Assembly (NCBI GenBank): GCA_963422375.2
Contig: OY729428.2
Location: forward strand, 736,001 to 800,000
Reading direction: 5' to 3'
From: Bryobacterales bacterium
GTDB taxonomy: Bacteria > Acidobacteriota > Terriglobia > Bryobacterales > UBA6623
DNA length: 64,000 nt
In this document: piece by piece, positions 10,115-21,204 of the stretch
Layout of the letters: each line of letters opens with the position of its first letter
Position numbering within the stretch: the stretch's first letter is position 1
Program-made: the position numbers and the translations under genes
The notes under the pieces: generated by a model
The model's input: the letters and a program-made list of their open reading frames with translations, nothing else
Databases searched by the model: none
Told to the model about the DNA's origin: nothing

Positions 10115-11904
10115 AAAGCCTGCGCAAGCTCGAATACAGAGGCTACGACTCAACGGACCTGGCGATCGGATCGCGCGAAGCGGTTCACGCTTGGCATGCG
10201 GAAGGCACCCTGCGCATACTCGAGGCCGCCGTACGCTTGGATCCGGTGCGGGGCACCTGGGGCGTCGGCCAGACAGCCTGGCGGGGAGGCGGGGCCGGAC
10301 AAGCAGGCGCGGCGGGGCGTCGGACGCCGGGCGAGCACGGGATCCTCGTCGCACTAGCCGGCAGGCCGAGCAACATCCCGGAGCTGCGCGAGCGCATGCC
10401 CGTTGCATCCGGATCGACGAATGCTGAGGTCCTAGCTGACCTGATCGCGCGCCATCTCGGGACGCACGGGGCGCTGGAAGAAGCCGTCAGCGGCGCGAGC
10501 TTCGAGATTCGCGGGCGGTGTGCGATCGCCGCGATCGCCCGAAGCGAGCCCGGCAAGGTCGTGGCCGCCCAAGTCGGGCTCCCCGTGGTGGTCGGCCTCG
10601 GCAAGAACGAGAACCTCCTCACGTCCCACATCTCCGCGATCCTGCACCGCACCCGCGACATGATCCATCTGGAGGACGGGGACGTGGCGGTCCTCACGGA
10701 ACGCGACGTGATGGTGCTGGACTCGGACGCCAGGCCCGTCTACCGCCCCGTCCAGCACGTCCTGTGGGATCCGCTGATGGCCGAGAAGAGCGGCTACAAG
10801 CACCTCATGCTCAAGGAGATCTTCGAGCAGCCGGGCGCCCTCCGATCCACGATGCTCGGTCGCCTCGACGAGGAGACGGGCCGCGTCGTCCTCGACGAGC
10901 TCGGCGTGACCGGCCGGGAGCTCCGCGAGATCCAGCACATGAACGTGATCGGCTCCGGCAGCTCGTGGCACGCCGCGCTGGCCAGCAAGGCGATGATCGA
11001 GCAGCTGGCTCGCGTGCATGTCGAGGTCGAGTACGGCAGCGAGCTAAGGTACAGCGATCCGGTCGTCGACGAGTACGTGCTCTCCCTGCTCATCAGCCGG
11101 TCCGGGGAGACGGCCGACACGCTCGCGTCCCAGTCCCTGCTGCATGAGAAGGGCTCGAAGACCATCGCGGTGTGCAACACGGTCGGCTCGACCTTGGCGA
11201 ACATGGCTCGAGGTGCGATCTACACCAAGGCCGGACCGGAAATGGCAGCGGCCTCGACCAAGTCGTTCACTTCGCAGCTGACTGCGCTGTACCTGCTGGC
11301 CATGTTCCTCGGGCAAGTCCGCGGGCGGCTCTCGACCGAGGAGTCCCGACGCTGCGCCAAGGACCTCCAGGTCCTGCCTGACCTTGTGGAGTCCGCTCTG
11401 GAGCTGTCGCAGCGCTGCGAGCGCATCGCCCGAATGTTCGCCCAAGCGCGCCGGGTCGTCTGCCTCGGCCGGGGCCCCCATTACGCCATCGCTCTCGAAG
11501 GGGCGCGCATGTTCATGGAGCTGTGCCACATCCAAGCCGAGGGCTGCGCCGCCGGCGAGATGCGACACGGCCCCACGGCGCTGATCGACTCGAACGTGGT
11601 CGTGATCGTGCTGGCGACTGTCGACGAATCCAACGAGTCCAGCCGGTTGCGCTACGCCAAGACATTGAGCCAAGTGAAGCAGGTCGCGGCGCGCCAAGGC
11701 CGGGTCATCTGCATCGCCAACCAAGGCGACGAGAACTTCCGGCCGCACGCGAGCGAAGTGATATGGGTTCCGCAGACGCGGGAGCTGCTCCAGCCTGTCC
11801 TCACCCTGATCCCGCTGCAGCTGATGGCCTATCACGTCGCCGTCTCTCTAGGGCGGGACGTGGACCAGCCACGCAACATCGGCCGGAGCGTTACGGCGGA
11901 CTAG
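10060..11904 (+). CDS. GlmS-like protein (glutamine-fructose-6-phosphate transaminase paralogue) with key catalytic residues substituted
   Basis: Full GATase plus two SIS domain layout (LEYRGYDS, KEIFEQP, SGETADT, STKSFT, HGP, DVDQPRN), but begins MAGIVG rather than MCGIVG and ends RNIGRSVTAD rather than RNLAKSVTVE. Confidence 0.9.
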   Translation: MAGIVGYVGARQADSILLESLRKLEYRGYDSTDLAIGSREAVHAWHAEGTLRILEAAVRLDPVRGTWGVGQTAWRGGGAGQAGAAGRRTPGEHGILVALAGRPSNIPELRERMPVASGSTNAEVLADLIARHLGTHGALEEAVSGASFEIRGRCAIAAIARSEPGKVVAAQVGLPVVVGLGKNENLLTSHISAILHRTRDMIHLEDGDVAVLTERDVMVLDSDARPVYRPVQHVLWDPLMAEKSGYKHLMLKEIFEQPGALRSTMLGRLDEETGRVVLDELGVTGRELREIQHMNVIGSGSSWHAALASKAMIEQLARVHVEVEYGSELRYSDPVVDEYVLSLLISRSGETADTLASQSLLHEKGSKTIAVCNTVGSTLANMARGAIYTKAGPEMAAASTKSFTSQLTALYLLAMFLGQVRGRLSTEESRRCAKDLQVLPDLVESALELSQRCERIARMFAQARRVVCLGRGPHYAIALEGARMFMELCHIQAEGCAAGEMRHGPTALIDSNVVVIVLATVDESNESSRLRYAKTLSQVKQVAARQGRVICIANQGDENFRPHASEVIWVPQTRELLQPVLTLIPLQLMAYHVAVSLGRDVDQPRNIGRSVTAD

Positions 11905-12004
11905 GCGCGACCCGAGCGCCCGCCCCAAAGCAGGTCACGGCCGGATCAGGCCGAATAGGGCCCGGTCGCGACGAGGCACTCGTCGCAACAGCCCGCGCCG
12001 CCGC

Positions 12005-13030
12005 TCAGCGACGCTTCAGGGTCGGGCGCTCATCCTCTTCCTCCTCGGTCGACTCCACGTCGATGTCGTCCGTCGGGATTGTGCCCCCGGCGCTGGTCCG
12101 GCGCAAGCGGGGCTTGTCCGGGTCGTCCGTGGTCTCCTTGCGCCGCAGCACCAGCTGCGACAGACGGTCCTTGACCTGCAGGAACTCGGAGGTGCTCACC
12201 ACGTACTCCGGCTTGCTCGGCAGGAGGGTATCAATGTTCTTCTGCGTCTTGCGTATGCGAGACCCGTGCGGGGGGTGACTCCGGAACAGCTTCGACATCG
12301 TGCCGGGCCGACGCTTCTCGTCCGCCAGCATCTTCTCGAAAAAGTCGATGAACGAGGTGGGGTCGTAGCCCGCCTTGTAGAGGTATTGCACTCCGAGAAA
12401 GTCGGCTTCCGACTCCATGCCGCGCGAGAACTTCAGGAATGTCATCGGGATCAGGAAGCTGGAGGCCTGGTAGATGCCGTAGCCCGTCCAGCCGCCGATG
12501 AACAGCAGTGGTATCGTGGCGATACTGATCAGCTGGCCCTTGGTCGCTTGGCGGGTGCCGTGGCGCGCCGCCACGTGCGCGATTTCGTGCGCCATCACGC
12601 CCGCGAGCTCGGATTCGCTCTCGGCGCGGAGCATCAGGCCGCTATTGACGAAGAAGAACCCGCCCGGCAGCGCGAAGGCGTTGACGTCCGCGCTGTCGAT
12701 CAGCTTGATCGTGAACGGCACCTTCGCGTCGGAGTTGCGAACGAGGTTCTGCCCGACACGGTTGACGTACTCGGCGATCACGGGATCGTCGATGATCTTG
12801 GAGTGCCGCTCCACGTCCTGGGCTAGGCGCTTGCCGAGAGCGATCTCCTTCTCGATAGAGTAGAAGTTCGGGCCCTTCGCGACCTCGCGCTCCCCGATGG
12901 CGTCGACGTCCTTCTTGGCCCCCCGTGACCTGCTCTGCTTGCCGCCGGAGTCCTCGGCGAACCCCGCGCAGGTCAGGGCCAAGGCCAGCACCCAAGGGAC
13001 AGAACTCCTCAGGCGAGACGCGAGTGTCAT
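12005..13030 (-). CDS. M48 family zinc metallopeptidase (BepA/YfgC-like)
   Basis: Signal peptide, VNAFALPGG, HEIAH, FSRGMESEAD, SHP. Confidence 0.9.
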   Translation of the reverse strand: MTLASRLRSSVPWVLALALTCAGFAEDSGGKQSRSRGAKKDVDAIGEREVAKGPNFYSIEKEIALGKRLAQDVERHSKIIDDPVIAEYVNRVGQNLVRNSDAKVPFTIKLIDSADVNAFALPGGFFFVNSGLMLRAESESELAGVMAHEIAHVAARHGTRQATKGQLISIATIPLLFIGGWTGYGIYQASSFLIPMTFLKFSRGMESEADFLGVQYLYKAGYDPTSFIDFFEKMLADEKRRPGTMSKLFRSHPPHGSRIRKTQKNIDTLLPSKPEYVVSTSEFLQVKDRLSQLVLRRKETTDDPDKPRLRRTSAGGTIPTDDIDVESTEEEEDERPTLKRR

Positions 13031-13101
13031 TCCTTGCCTCCCTGCCGCACGCGTCCAGCCGTTCGCGCGGGCATGCTTAGTATAAGCCCACGGATTGACG
13101 G

Positions 13102-14307
13102 ATGCAGCGAACGGACACCGAATCGCCACGCGGGCGAGGCGCCGACACGCTCCGGCCGGACATTCCCGGACCGGGCCGGGACGACCCGGCAAGCGCGCCG
13201 TCGGCCCGGGAGATCTTCCCGGTCACCCGCGAGTACGCCTACTTCAACCACGCGGCGATCGCCCCGCTGCCGCGACCGACGGCCGACGCCATGCAGGCCC
13301 AGGTCGACGACGCCATGCGCCTGGGCGTCCATGCATTCGCCCGCTGGGAGGAGAACTGCGCCGAGCTCCGCCGTGCCTCGGCAACGATGCTGGGCTGCCA
13401 GGCCAACGAGATCGCCATCACCAAGAACACCTCGGAGGGCCTCTGCGCCGTCGCCAACGGGCTCGACTGGCGGACTGGCGACGTCGTGGTCGGGCTGGCC
13501 AGCGACTTCCCGGCCAACTACGTTCCATGGCGGGCGCTGCAATCCCGCAGGGGCGTGCAGTTCCGCGGCCTGCGGATGCGCGAAGGAGCGCTGGATCTCG
13601 AGGATCTAGACCAAGCATGCAAGGGCGCGCGGCTGGCCGCCCTGAGCTACGTCCACTTCCTCACTGGATTCCGCTGGGACTTGAAGGCGGCCGGCGAGAT
13701 CTGCGAGCGCCGGGGGTGCGCCCTAGTCGTGGACGCAGTCCAAGGCATGGGGCCGTTTCCCGTGGACGTGAAGGCCTGCGGGATTCACGCGCTGTCCGCC
13801 TCGGGGCACAAGTGGCTACTCGGGCCCGAGGGCTGCGCCCTCTTCTACATCGACCGGGACTGGATGCCGCTGGTGGAGCCGACGGAGATGGGCTGGGCCA
13901 GCTTGGACGGCTTCGAGCGATATCGCTCCGACGGCGGGCTGCACGCCAGCGCACGGCGCTTCGAGTGCGGCACGCTGAACTCGGCCGGCTGCGCCGGCCT
14001 GCGCGCGTCGGTCGACCTGCTGAACGGGATCGGGCCAAGGGCCGCGTCGACCGCGATCCACGCTCTGGCCGAAAGGCTGCTGGACGGCGCCCGAGGGAAG
14101 GGGTACGAGCCTGCCGCCGCCAGAAGCCGAGCGAACGGCTCCGGGATCGTGTCGCTGCGCAAGCAAGGGGTGGACCCGCCGGACACGGTCGCCATGCTGC
14201 TGGACAGGCGCGTCTCCGTGGCCGAGCGACTGGGTTGGATCCGCGCGGCGCCGCATTTCTACAACACGAGCGGCGAGGTGGACCGGCTGGTCGAGCTGCT
14301 GCCCTGA
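13102..14307 (+). CDS. Class V PLP-dependent aminotransferase (cysteine desulfurase-like fold)
   Basis: [38 protein letters not shown]. Confidence 0.9.
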   Translation: MQRTDTESPRGRGADTLRPDIPGPGRDDPASAPSAREIFPVTREYAYFNHAAIAPLPRPTADAMQAQVDDAMRLGVHAFARWEENCAELRRASATMLGCQANEIAITKNTSEGLCAVANGLDWRTGDVVVGLASDFPANYVPWRALQSRRGVQFRGLRMREGALDLEDLDQACKGARLAALSYVHFLTGFRWDLKAAGEICERRGCALVVDAVQGMGPFPVDVKACGIHALSASGHKWLLGPEGCALFYIDRDWMPLVEPTEMGWASLDGFERYRSDGGLHASARRFECGTLNSAGCAGLRASVDLLNGIGPRAASTAIHALAERLLDGARGKGYEPAAARSRANGSGIVSLRKQGVDPPDTVAMLLDRRVSVAERLGWIRAAPHFYNTSGEVDRLVELLP

Positions 14308-14353
14308 CCTAGCGGGTCTTGGCTGGCAGCAGCAGGTTTACCGTGCTACAGGC

Positions 14354-15867
14354 ATGAAAGCTGCAGCCGCCCTCCTGCTCGCGCTCGCGGCCGCCGCGTC
14401 GGCGCAGACCGCGACTTACAACGAAGCCTACCGTCCGCAGTTCCACTTCACGCCCGCAATCAACTGGACGAACGACCCGAACGGCCTCGTCTACCACGAG
14501 GGCGAGTGGCACCTCTTCTATCAGCACAACCCGTTCGGCAGCCAGTGGGGCCACATGAGCTGGGGTCACGCGGTCAGCCGCGACCTGTTCCGCTGGAAAC
14601 ATCTCCCGGTCGCCATTCCAGAGGACGGGCCCGTCATGGCGTTTTCCGGCAGCGCTGTGTGGTGGACCGGCTCAACACCACGGGATTCGGCCGGGACGGC
14701 AACGCGCACATCGTCGCGATCTACACCAGCCGGACGGAGAGCGACCAGACCCAGTCGATCGCCTACAGCAACGACGGCGGACGGACCTGGACGCCCTACG
14801 AAGGCAACCCAGTGCTCGACGCGGAAGACCCGGCATTCCGCGACCCGAAGGTTTTCTGGCACGGGCCGACGGGACGCTGGATCATGGCCGTGGTGCTAGC
14901 CGACCAGCACAGGGTCAGCCTCTACGGGTCGCGCGACCTCAAGTCCTGGGAGCACCTCAGCGACTTCGGCCCCGAGGGCGCGCACCCGGTACGGAACTGG
15001 GAGTGCCCGGATCTGTTCGAGCTGCCGGTCGAGGGCGAGCCGGGCACGAAGAAATGGATCCTCCAGGTCGACTCGGGCATGGGCCACCCCTGGCTCGGGT
15101 CCGGCTGCCAGTACTTCGTGGGCGAACTCGACGGCATTCGGTTCAGCAATGACAACCCCCCGGAGACGGCCCTCTGGCTGGACTGGGGGCGCGACTTCTA
15201 CGCCGCCCAGACCTACGCCGGCGTGCCGGCGGCCGGCGGATCGCGATCGGATGGATCAGCAACTGGATGTACGCCAGGCGGATCCCGACCTCCCCCCTGG
15301 CGCGGAGCCCAATCCGCCCCCCGCGAGCTGCGCCTGAAGCGGTTTCCGGAGGGACTGCGGCTGGTGCAGGAGCCGGTTCGGGAGATCGAGTCCCTGCGCC
15401 AGACCGCGCTGAGGCTCGGCGACGTCGGGATCGAGGAAGCCAACAGCCTCATCGCGGCGGCCGGATGGGCCGGCGACACCATGGACCTACGGGCCGAGCT
15501 TGACGTCGGCGGCGCCAAGGAAGTGGGCTTCCGCGTCCTGCAGGGCGCGGGCGGGGATACGCTCGTCGGGTTCGGCGCCTCGCCCGCGGAGGTGTTCGTC
15601 GATCGCTCGCGATCCGGCGAGGTGGGATTCCACGAGACCTTCCCCGGCAGGCACTCGGCTCGGTTCCGGGCATCCGGCGGCCGCGTCGTCCTGCGCATCC
15701 TCGTGGACCGCTCGGTGGTGGAGGTCTTCGCCGGCGGCGGAAGGGTGGCGATCACGGACCGCGTCTTTCCCAGCCCATCAAGTACCGGGATGTCGCTTTA
15801 CGCAGTAGGCGGCTCGGCCCGGGTAGTCAGCTTGGTAGCTTGGAAGCTGCGCTCGGCATGGCGCTGA
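14354..15867 (+). pseudogene. GH32 levanase/beta-fructofuranosidase, frameshifted
   Basis: WTNDPNG, FSGS, RDPKV and WECPD motifs; frameshift near 14660 and a compensating pair near 15230 and 15295 (IAIGWISNWMYA is out of frame). Confidence 0.85.
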
Positions 15868-15990
15868 CAGCGGGCCTGAGGGACTGGTGCAAAGCGCCGA
15901 GCGACCCGTCGCACGGGCAGTGCTGGCCGGGACCCGGCGGAACTGGGCCATGGTAACCTAGCGAATCAGCCGGCACGGCGCTCCGGCGGC

Positions 15991-17472
15991 TTGATGCTTC
16001 TGGAGCTTTCATCGGTTCGCAAGAGCTTCGGGGGCGTGCGTGCCCTGCGCAAGGGCTACCTCCGGGTCCAAGCCGGGCAGGTTCACGCGCTCGTCGGCGA
16101 GAACGGCGCCGGTAAGTCGACTCTCGTCAAGATCGTGGCGGGTCTCCTGCGACGGGAGGGCGGTGAGATGCGCTGGAAGGGCCGCAGCGTCGACTTCGGC
16201 CGTCCGGCCGAGGCGCACGCCCTAGGGATTCGCATGGTGCATCAGGAGTCCCTGCTCGCGCCGCACCTGACCGTCGCGGAGAACGTGTTCCTAGGCCGGG
16301 AGATGTGGACGGGCCCGCGCTTGGACCGCTCGGGCATGGACCGCCGGACCGGAGAGATTCTCAAGGCGCATCGCTTCCGCCTGCGCGCCTCGAGGAGGGT
16401 GGAGCGCCTGCGGCCGGCCCAGAAGCAGATCGTCGAGATCTGCCGGGCGCTCAACGGGGATCCTTCGCTGCTGATTCTCGACGAGCCGACCTCGTCCCTG
16501 TCCGAAGCGGAGACCGCCGAGGTCCTGAGCACGGTCAAGAACCTCAAGCGGGAGGGCATCGGCATCGTCTACATCACGCACAAGCTGGTCGAGATGATGG
16601 GTGTGGCGGACCAGATCACCGTCCTGCGGGACGGGGAGACCGTGCGCAGCTGCCCCGCGAGCGAGACCTCGATCAGCGAGATCGTGCGCCACATGGTCGG
16701 GCGCAACGTCAGTTCGATCTACGTGCGTCCGAAGCTGAGCCCCGGCGTGGAACGCCTCAGGGTGGAACTCCCCGGGGCCAGCTTCAGCGTGCGGGCGGGC
16801 GAGATCGTCGGCATGGCCGGCTTGGTCGGGGCCGGGCGCACTGAAGTGTGCGAGACCGTGTTCGGCGTCACCCCGGGGCCGCCGGGGTCGGTTTTCGTCA
16901 ACGGCCGGCCGCAAAACATCCGGTCGCCGCACGACGCCGTGCGAGCGGGCATCGCGCTGGTCTCGGAAGACCGCCAGAAGACGGGCCTCGCCTCGAGACT
17001 GTCCATACGGACGAACCTCACCTTGGCCAATCTCGACGCGGTGTGCGCGGCCGGGTTCGTCCAGACCGACCGGGAGAGGGGGGTAGCCGAGGACTACCGC
17101 CACCGCCTGAAGATGCAGGCCGCCAACGTCGAGCAGAGCGCCCGCCAGCTCAGCGGCGGGAACCAGCAGAAGGTCGTGATCGCGAAATGGCTGTTCCGCG
17201 ATTCCGACGTGGTGATCTTCGACGAGCCGACCCGCGGCATCGACGTCGGCGCCAAGGCCGAGGTGTTCGCCCTGATGGACGAGATGGCCAAGGCCGGCAA
17301 GGCCGTGCTCATGGTCAGTTCCGAGATGCCGGAGCTGCTGCAGGTGGCGGACCGGATCCTAGTCATGCGGGAAGGCGAGATCGTGGCCGAGCTGCCGCGC
17401 GAGACCACGCAGCAGGAGATCTTGCGCCACGCGGCCATTGGCTTGGGCACGGAGGAAGCGAACGATGCGTAA
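15991..17472 (+). CDS. Sugar ABC transporter ATP-binding protein (RbsA/MglA type)
   Basis: GENGAGKST, ILDEPT, LSGGNQQKV, DEPTRGIDVGAK. Confidence 0.95.
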   Translation: MMLLELSSVRKSFGGVRALRKGYLRVQAGQVHALVGENGAGKSTLVKIVAGLLRREGGEMRWKGRSVDFGRPAEAHALGIRMVHQESLLAPHLTVAENVFLGREMWTGPRLDRSGMDRRTGEILKAHRFRLRASRRVERLRPAQKQIVEICRALNGDPSLLILDEPTSSLSEAETAEVLSTVKNLKREGIGIVYITHKLVEMMGVADQITVLRDGETVRSCPASETSISEIVRHMVGRNVSSIYVRPKLSPGVERLRVELPGASFSVRAGEIVGMAGLVGAGRTEVCETVFGVTPGPPGSVFVNGRPQNIRSPHDAVRAGIALVSEDRQKTGLASRLSIRTNLTLANLDAVCAAGFVQTDRERGVAEDYRHRLKMQAANVEQSARQLSGGNQQKVVIAKWLFRDSDVVIFDEPTRGIDVGAKAEVFALMDEMAKAGKAVLMVSSEMPELLQVADRILVMREGEIVAELPRETTQQEILRHAAIGLGTEEANDA

Positions 17473-18406
17473 GTGGTCCCGATTGTTGCAGCGCTTCCTG
17501 CCCTTCGTCAGCCTGTTCGCCCTGTTCGTGGTGCTCTCGATCGCCTCGCCGTACTTCCTGACCGCGACGAACCTCTCGAGCGTAATCCGGCAGACGGCGG
17601 TGATCAACACGATGGCGCTGGGCATGACCTTGGTGATCGTCGCAGGCGGAATCGACCTGTCGGTCGGCTCGATCCTGGCTTTCGCAGGGGTCGTCGGCAC
17701 CATGACGATGCTGGATACCGGGTCGGTGGTGCTCGGCATCGGGGTCGGCATCGTCTGCGGCACTCTCTGGGGCTGCGCGAACGGGCTGATGATCTCGATC
17801 CTGCGCATCCCGCCGTTCATCGTGACGCTCGGGACATTGGGGATCGTCCGGGGCCTGACGCTGGTGGTGTCCGGCGGCCTGCCCGTCGTCGGCCTGCCGA
17901 GGGAGCACGGCTTCCTAGGCGAGGGCTCGGTCGGGCCCGTGCCGTTCGTGCTGGTCGTGCTGGCTGGCTGCGCCGTCGTCATGCACTTCCTGCTCCATTC
18001 GACGAAGCTGGGCCGCTACACCTACGCCATCGGCAGCAACGAAGCGGCTGCGGTCTATGCCGGGATCCCGGTCGGCCGGTACAAGGTGGCGATCTACGCC
18101 CTGTGCGGCCTGCTTACCGGGCTGGCGGGCATGATCGAGACATCCCGGCTGATGACGGGCCAGCCGACCGCCGGCGTGTCCTACGAGCTGCAGGTGATCG
18201 CAGCCGTCGTAATCGGGGGAGGCAGCCTGTCCGGGGGCGAGGGAACCGTGATCGGCACTCTGATCGGGGCCTTCATCATGGGCCTGCTGTCCAATGGCAG
18301 CGACTTGCTGGGAGTGAATCCGTACTGGCAGCAGGTGATTATCGGGGGGATCATAATTCTCGCTGTGGCTCTCGACGAGGCGCGCAAGCGGCGCTACGCC
18401 ACTTGA
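17465..18406 (+). CDS. Sugar ABC transporter permease (RbsC type)
   Basis: GIDLSVGS, PPFIVTLG, GSNEAAA, YELQVIAAVVIGG; multiple TM segments. Confidence 0.95.
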   Translation: MRKWSRLLQRFLPFVSLFALFVVLSIASPYFLTATNLSSVIRQTAVINTMALGMTLVIVAGGIDLSVGSILAFAGVVGTMTMLDTGSVVLGIGVGIVCGTLWGCANGLMISILRIPPFIVTLGTLGIVRGLTLVVSGGLPVVGLPREHGFLGEGSVGPVPFVLVVLAGCAVVMHFLLHSTKLGRYTYAIGSNEAAAVYAGIPVGRYKVAIYALCGLLTGLAGMIETSRLMTGQPTAGVSYELQVIAAVVIGGGSLSGGEGTVIGTLIGAFIMGLLSNGSDLLGVNPYWQQVIIGGIIILAVALDEARKRRYAT

Positions 18407-18515
18407 GGAGCCTGATCCGAGGGCTTGGCCGGGCCGTCGAAGCACCTCCGGTGACGGAAGGGCGAGCGCCTCAGCCCCCTTACCGGGAGAGGGGGGCATC
18501 CAGCCGCTCGCCGCC

Positions 18516-20096
18516 CAGCGATTCTAAATTTGGCCATCAAGGGGGTGCGTGAACGTTGACTATGAGGATGAGATGAACCACTTGACCGAGAGGTCGCGCT
18601 AATCAGGCCGCCCCGCGGGAGCGTCGGACGGCTGGCAGGGCTGTGGCGCGGCCGCCGCAGCGGGTCGGCCGAGTGCCGAGCCCGCGGCCGGACGCACCCC
18701 GGCGGTAGCCGGCTGCCACGGTCCGCCGCTCGCCGGGCGCTGCCGGCACGATGCTGCGCGGAGTCCAAGCCCCGGCCGGGGTCGGCCGGCTGCCCGGCGG
18801 CGCGCGTCCGTCTCGCACCGCCACCAGCAGAGTCGGCCAGTCGGGGAAGCGGAGCCAATGCAGCGCGGCCTCCAGCTGCCGGAACAAGCCGCGGCGCGTG
18901 ACCAGCTTGCGCCGGCACTGCTGCCACAGCGCGCAGACGCACTCCAGCACGGCATGGAGCGCGAAGGCGAACAGGTTCAGCACGGCCGGCACGTTGGCCA
19001 GCGCGTCCTTGCCCTGCCCGAAGTTGCGCTTGAAGTTGCGGCCGTGCCGCGCCAGGCAGTTGAAGCCCTCGTTCTCGATCTTCCAGCGCGCCCGCCCGGC
19101 CCGTGCGATCCGCTCCGCGCTGTCCGCGGTGACCTCCAGACTGGTGAAAAAGCAGCTGGCGTAGGTGCGCTTGCCGCCGCGCTCGACGGCGTACTCGATC
19201 CAAGTGCCCTGCAGGGCGTCGCGGCCCTTGCGCAGGGGCACGGCGTCCGCCCAGCGGAAGCGGTGCCGCTCGGACCGCTTGCTCTTCCCGGGCCGCGGCA
19301 GCCAGCCGGTCGATCGCACTGCGCCGCTCGCCCGCACCTCGTACAAGCGCTTGCGGGAGCCGGGCTTGCATACCCGGATGTAGTCCATGCCGGCGGCCGA
19401 GGCGGCCTCGCAAACCGGCTGGCAGCAGTACGGGTCGTGGCCCGGCAGGACGTGGCGGCAGGCCTGCAACCAGGCGCCGTGAGCGGCGAGCCAGCGCTTG
19501 GCGGCGTTGCGCTCGCAGTCCCGCTTGCGCCCGTCCTCGCTCATGTCGGCGCGGGTCGCAGCCGCGTCCTGCTGCGGGCGCAGCGTGGCCGTCGGCCACC
19601 GCGGTGGCCGCGACCATGGTGTGGAAGTACTGCGGTCGTCGCTCGCTGCCGACGTGCCGCACCGAGCACTGCGGGCAATGCATCGTGTCGGAGCGGTGGA
19701 ACCGGACGCCTTCCAGCACCACCGGCAGGCGCCCGTCGAGACGCTGGAAGGGCTCGAGCGCGCCCTGCGCGGCCACGGTTTCGAGGCACGGCCGGAACAG
19801 CGGGTCGAACGCGGCCGGGTCGAGGCGGTCAAGCAAGTTGCGGATCCTGAAGAAGCAGGCCGGGGCGCAACCGGCGGCGTCGCTGACCTCGTAGCGCGTG
19901 TTGCTACCCTTGCGCCGGTCAGGCGGCCGGCGGCCGTCTCCCGGAAGGCGCTCAGCAGCGAGTCCAGGACATGGGGCATACACCCGAGCTCACAAATTCC
20001 GCTAGGAAAAGTCAAGTGCCTGTCTGCGCCAGACTGGCTTCGACACCCTTCTCAGACACTCTGGAAACCCCAAAATGCCCAAATCTAGAATCGCTG
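18516..20096 (-). mobile_element. ISNCY-like DDE insertion sequence with frameshifted transposase
   Basis: Inverted repeats CAGCGATTCTAAATTTGGCCAT (18516) and its near-complement ending at 20096 (20/22 match); transposase fragments DCERNAAKRWL and GRARWKIENEGFN, plus CPQC in a different frame. Confidence 0.8.
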
Positions 20097-20862
20097 AGGT
20101 CGGCTTGCACGATGCACCTCAAACCCGACCGGTCCAGACTCAGACTTCCACGCGTCGTCACACTCTGGTCTGTCGCGAAGTCGCAGCTGCGACGGCTAGG
20201 CCCGGGCTGGACGGCCCGAGGCTGTCCCGCCCGGATACATACAGCACCCTGCCATCCCGCTTGCGCTAGCACGGAGGTGACAGTTTCGCAACTGCTGCGG
20301 ACAAGGGATTCCTGGGCAGAACAATCCGGACGGTCGGGCTTCCGTGGGGCCGGGGCCGATTCGGCGGACTTGCGCCGCCCACGGCCGGAGCCAAGCGATC
20401 CCGGTGCCACCGATAGGACCCCTGTGTCGTCTTCGAAGCGGCGACACGCACTTCTGACGGCCGAAGTAGCGCCGGGATATCCAACTCGCTGCGAAATAGT
20501 GGCGTTCCGGCGTATGCAGTGCCCTCAACTTCGGGAGCTCTGCGTCCTACGGCGAGCGGCACTGCTTGGGCTGGTCTCGCGGACGCTGCTAGACGAGCTT
20601 GGCGCGGCATTCAACTTGACTGTCAATTCCAATAGTTGCGGCCTTCTGCTACGCTCGGAATAAAGTCAGCGCCGGTCGCAGCGGAGGCTTCGGCGACTCT
20701 ACCGCTACCGTGGCTCATGCGGCTAGGGCGGAATGAGACCGGCCGTGGTGTCGAGGTTGATCTTCGTGGCTCCTAACTGTACGTGCAGCCAGCGGCATCC
20801 CGACCACGCAGACCGAGTCTCCGTTGCTGTCCCGCGACGAAGCGCGCTCGGAGATTGATGCG

Positions 20863-21078
20863 ATGGCACACGAGTTCACTGCGATATTCGAGAAGGCCGA
20901 GGGCTGGCACATTGCCTATTGCCCCGAGATTCCTGGAGCTCACGGCCAGGGCAGGACCAAATCCGAGGCGCGCAGGAGCCTCGTCGAAGCGATTGCTCTG
21001 ATTCTTGAGGACCGTCGCGAGGACGGCCTCCGCGGTGTGCCTCCGGAAGCTGACCGAGAAACCATTACCGTGCCGTGA
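20863..21078 (+). CDS. hicB: HicB-family antitoxin (short, no DNA-binding domain)
   Basis: FTAIFEKAEGWHIAYCPEIPGAHGQGRTKSEARRSLVEAI. Confidence 0.85.
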   Translation: MAHEFTAIFEKAEGWHIAYCPEIPGAHGQGRTKSEARRSLVEAIALILEDRREDGLRGVPPEADRETITVP

Positions 21079-21204
21079 AGCGAAGCAGCCTGCTCCGGCA
21101 CCTCCGATCATTCGACTGCTATCTCAAGCGCGAGGGTCGCGCTCATTCATTGTGGTGCAGCTCGACCACAGGGAAAATGGCCGCCGTCCCTAGACATAGC
21201 GAGA

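Noticed and set aside
20097..20860. ORFs such as 19971..20663 between the ISNCY-like element and hicB
   Set aside because: No recognisable motifs, and the ORF crosses the IS boundary; probably non-coding or eroded DNA.
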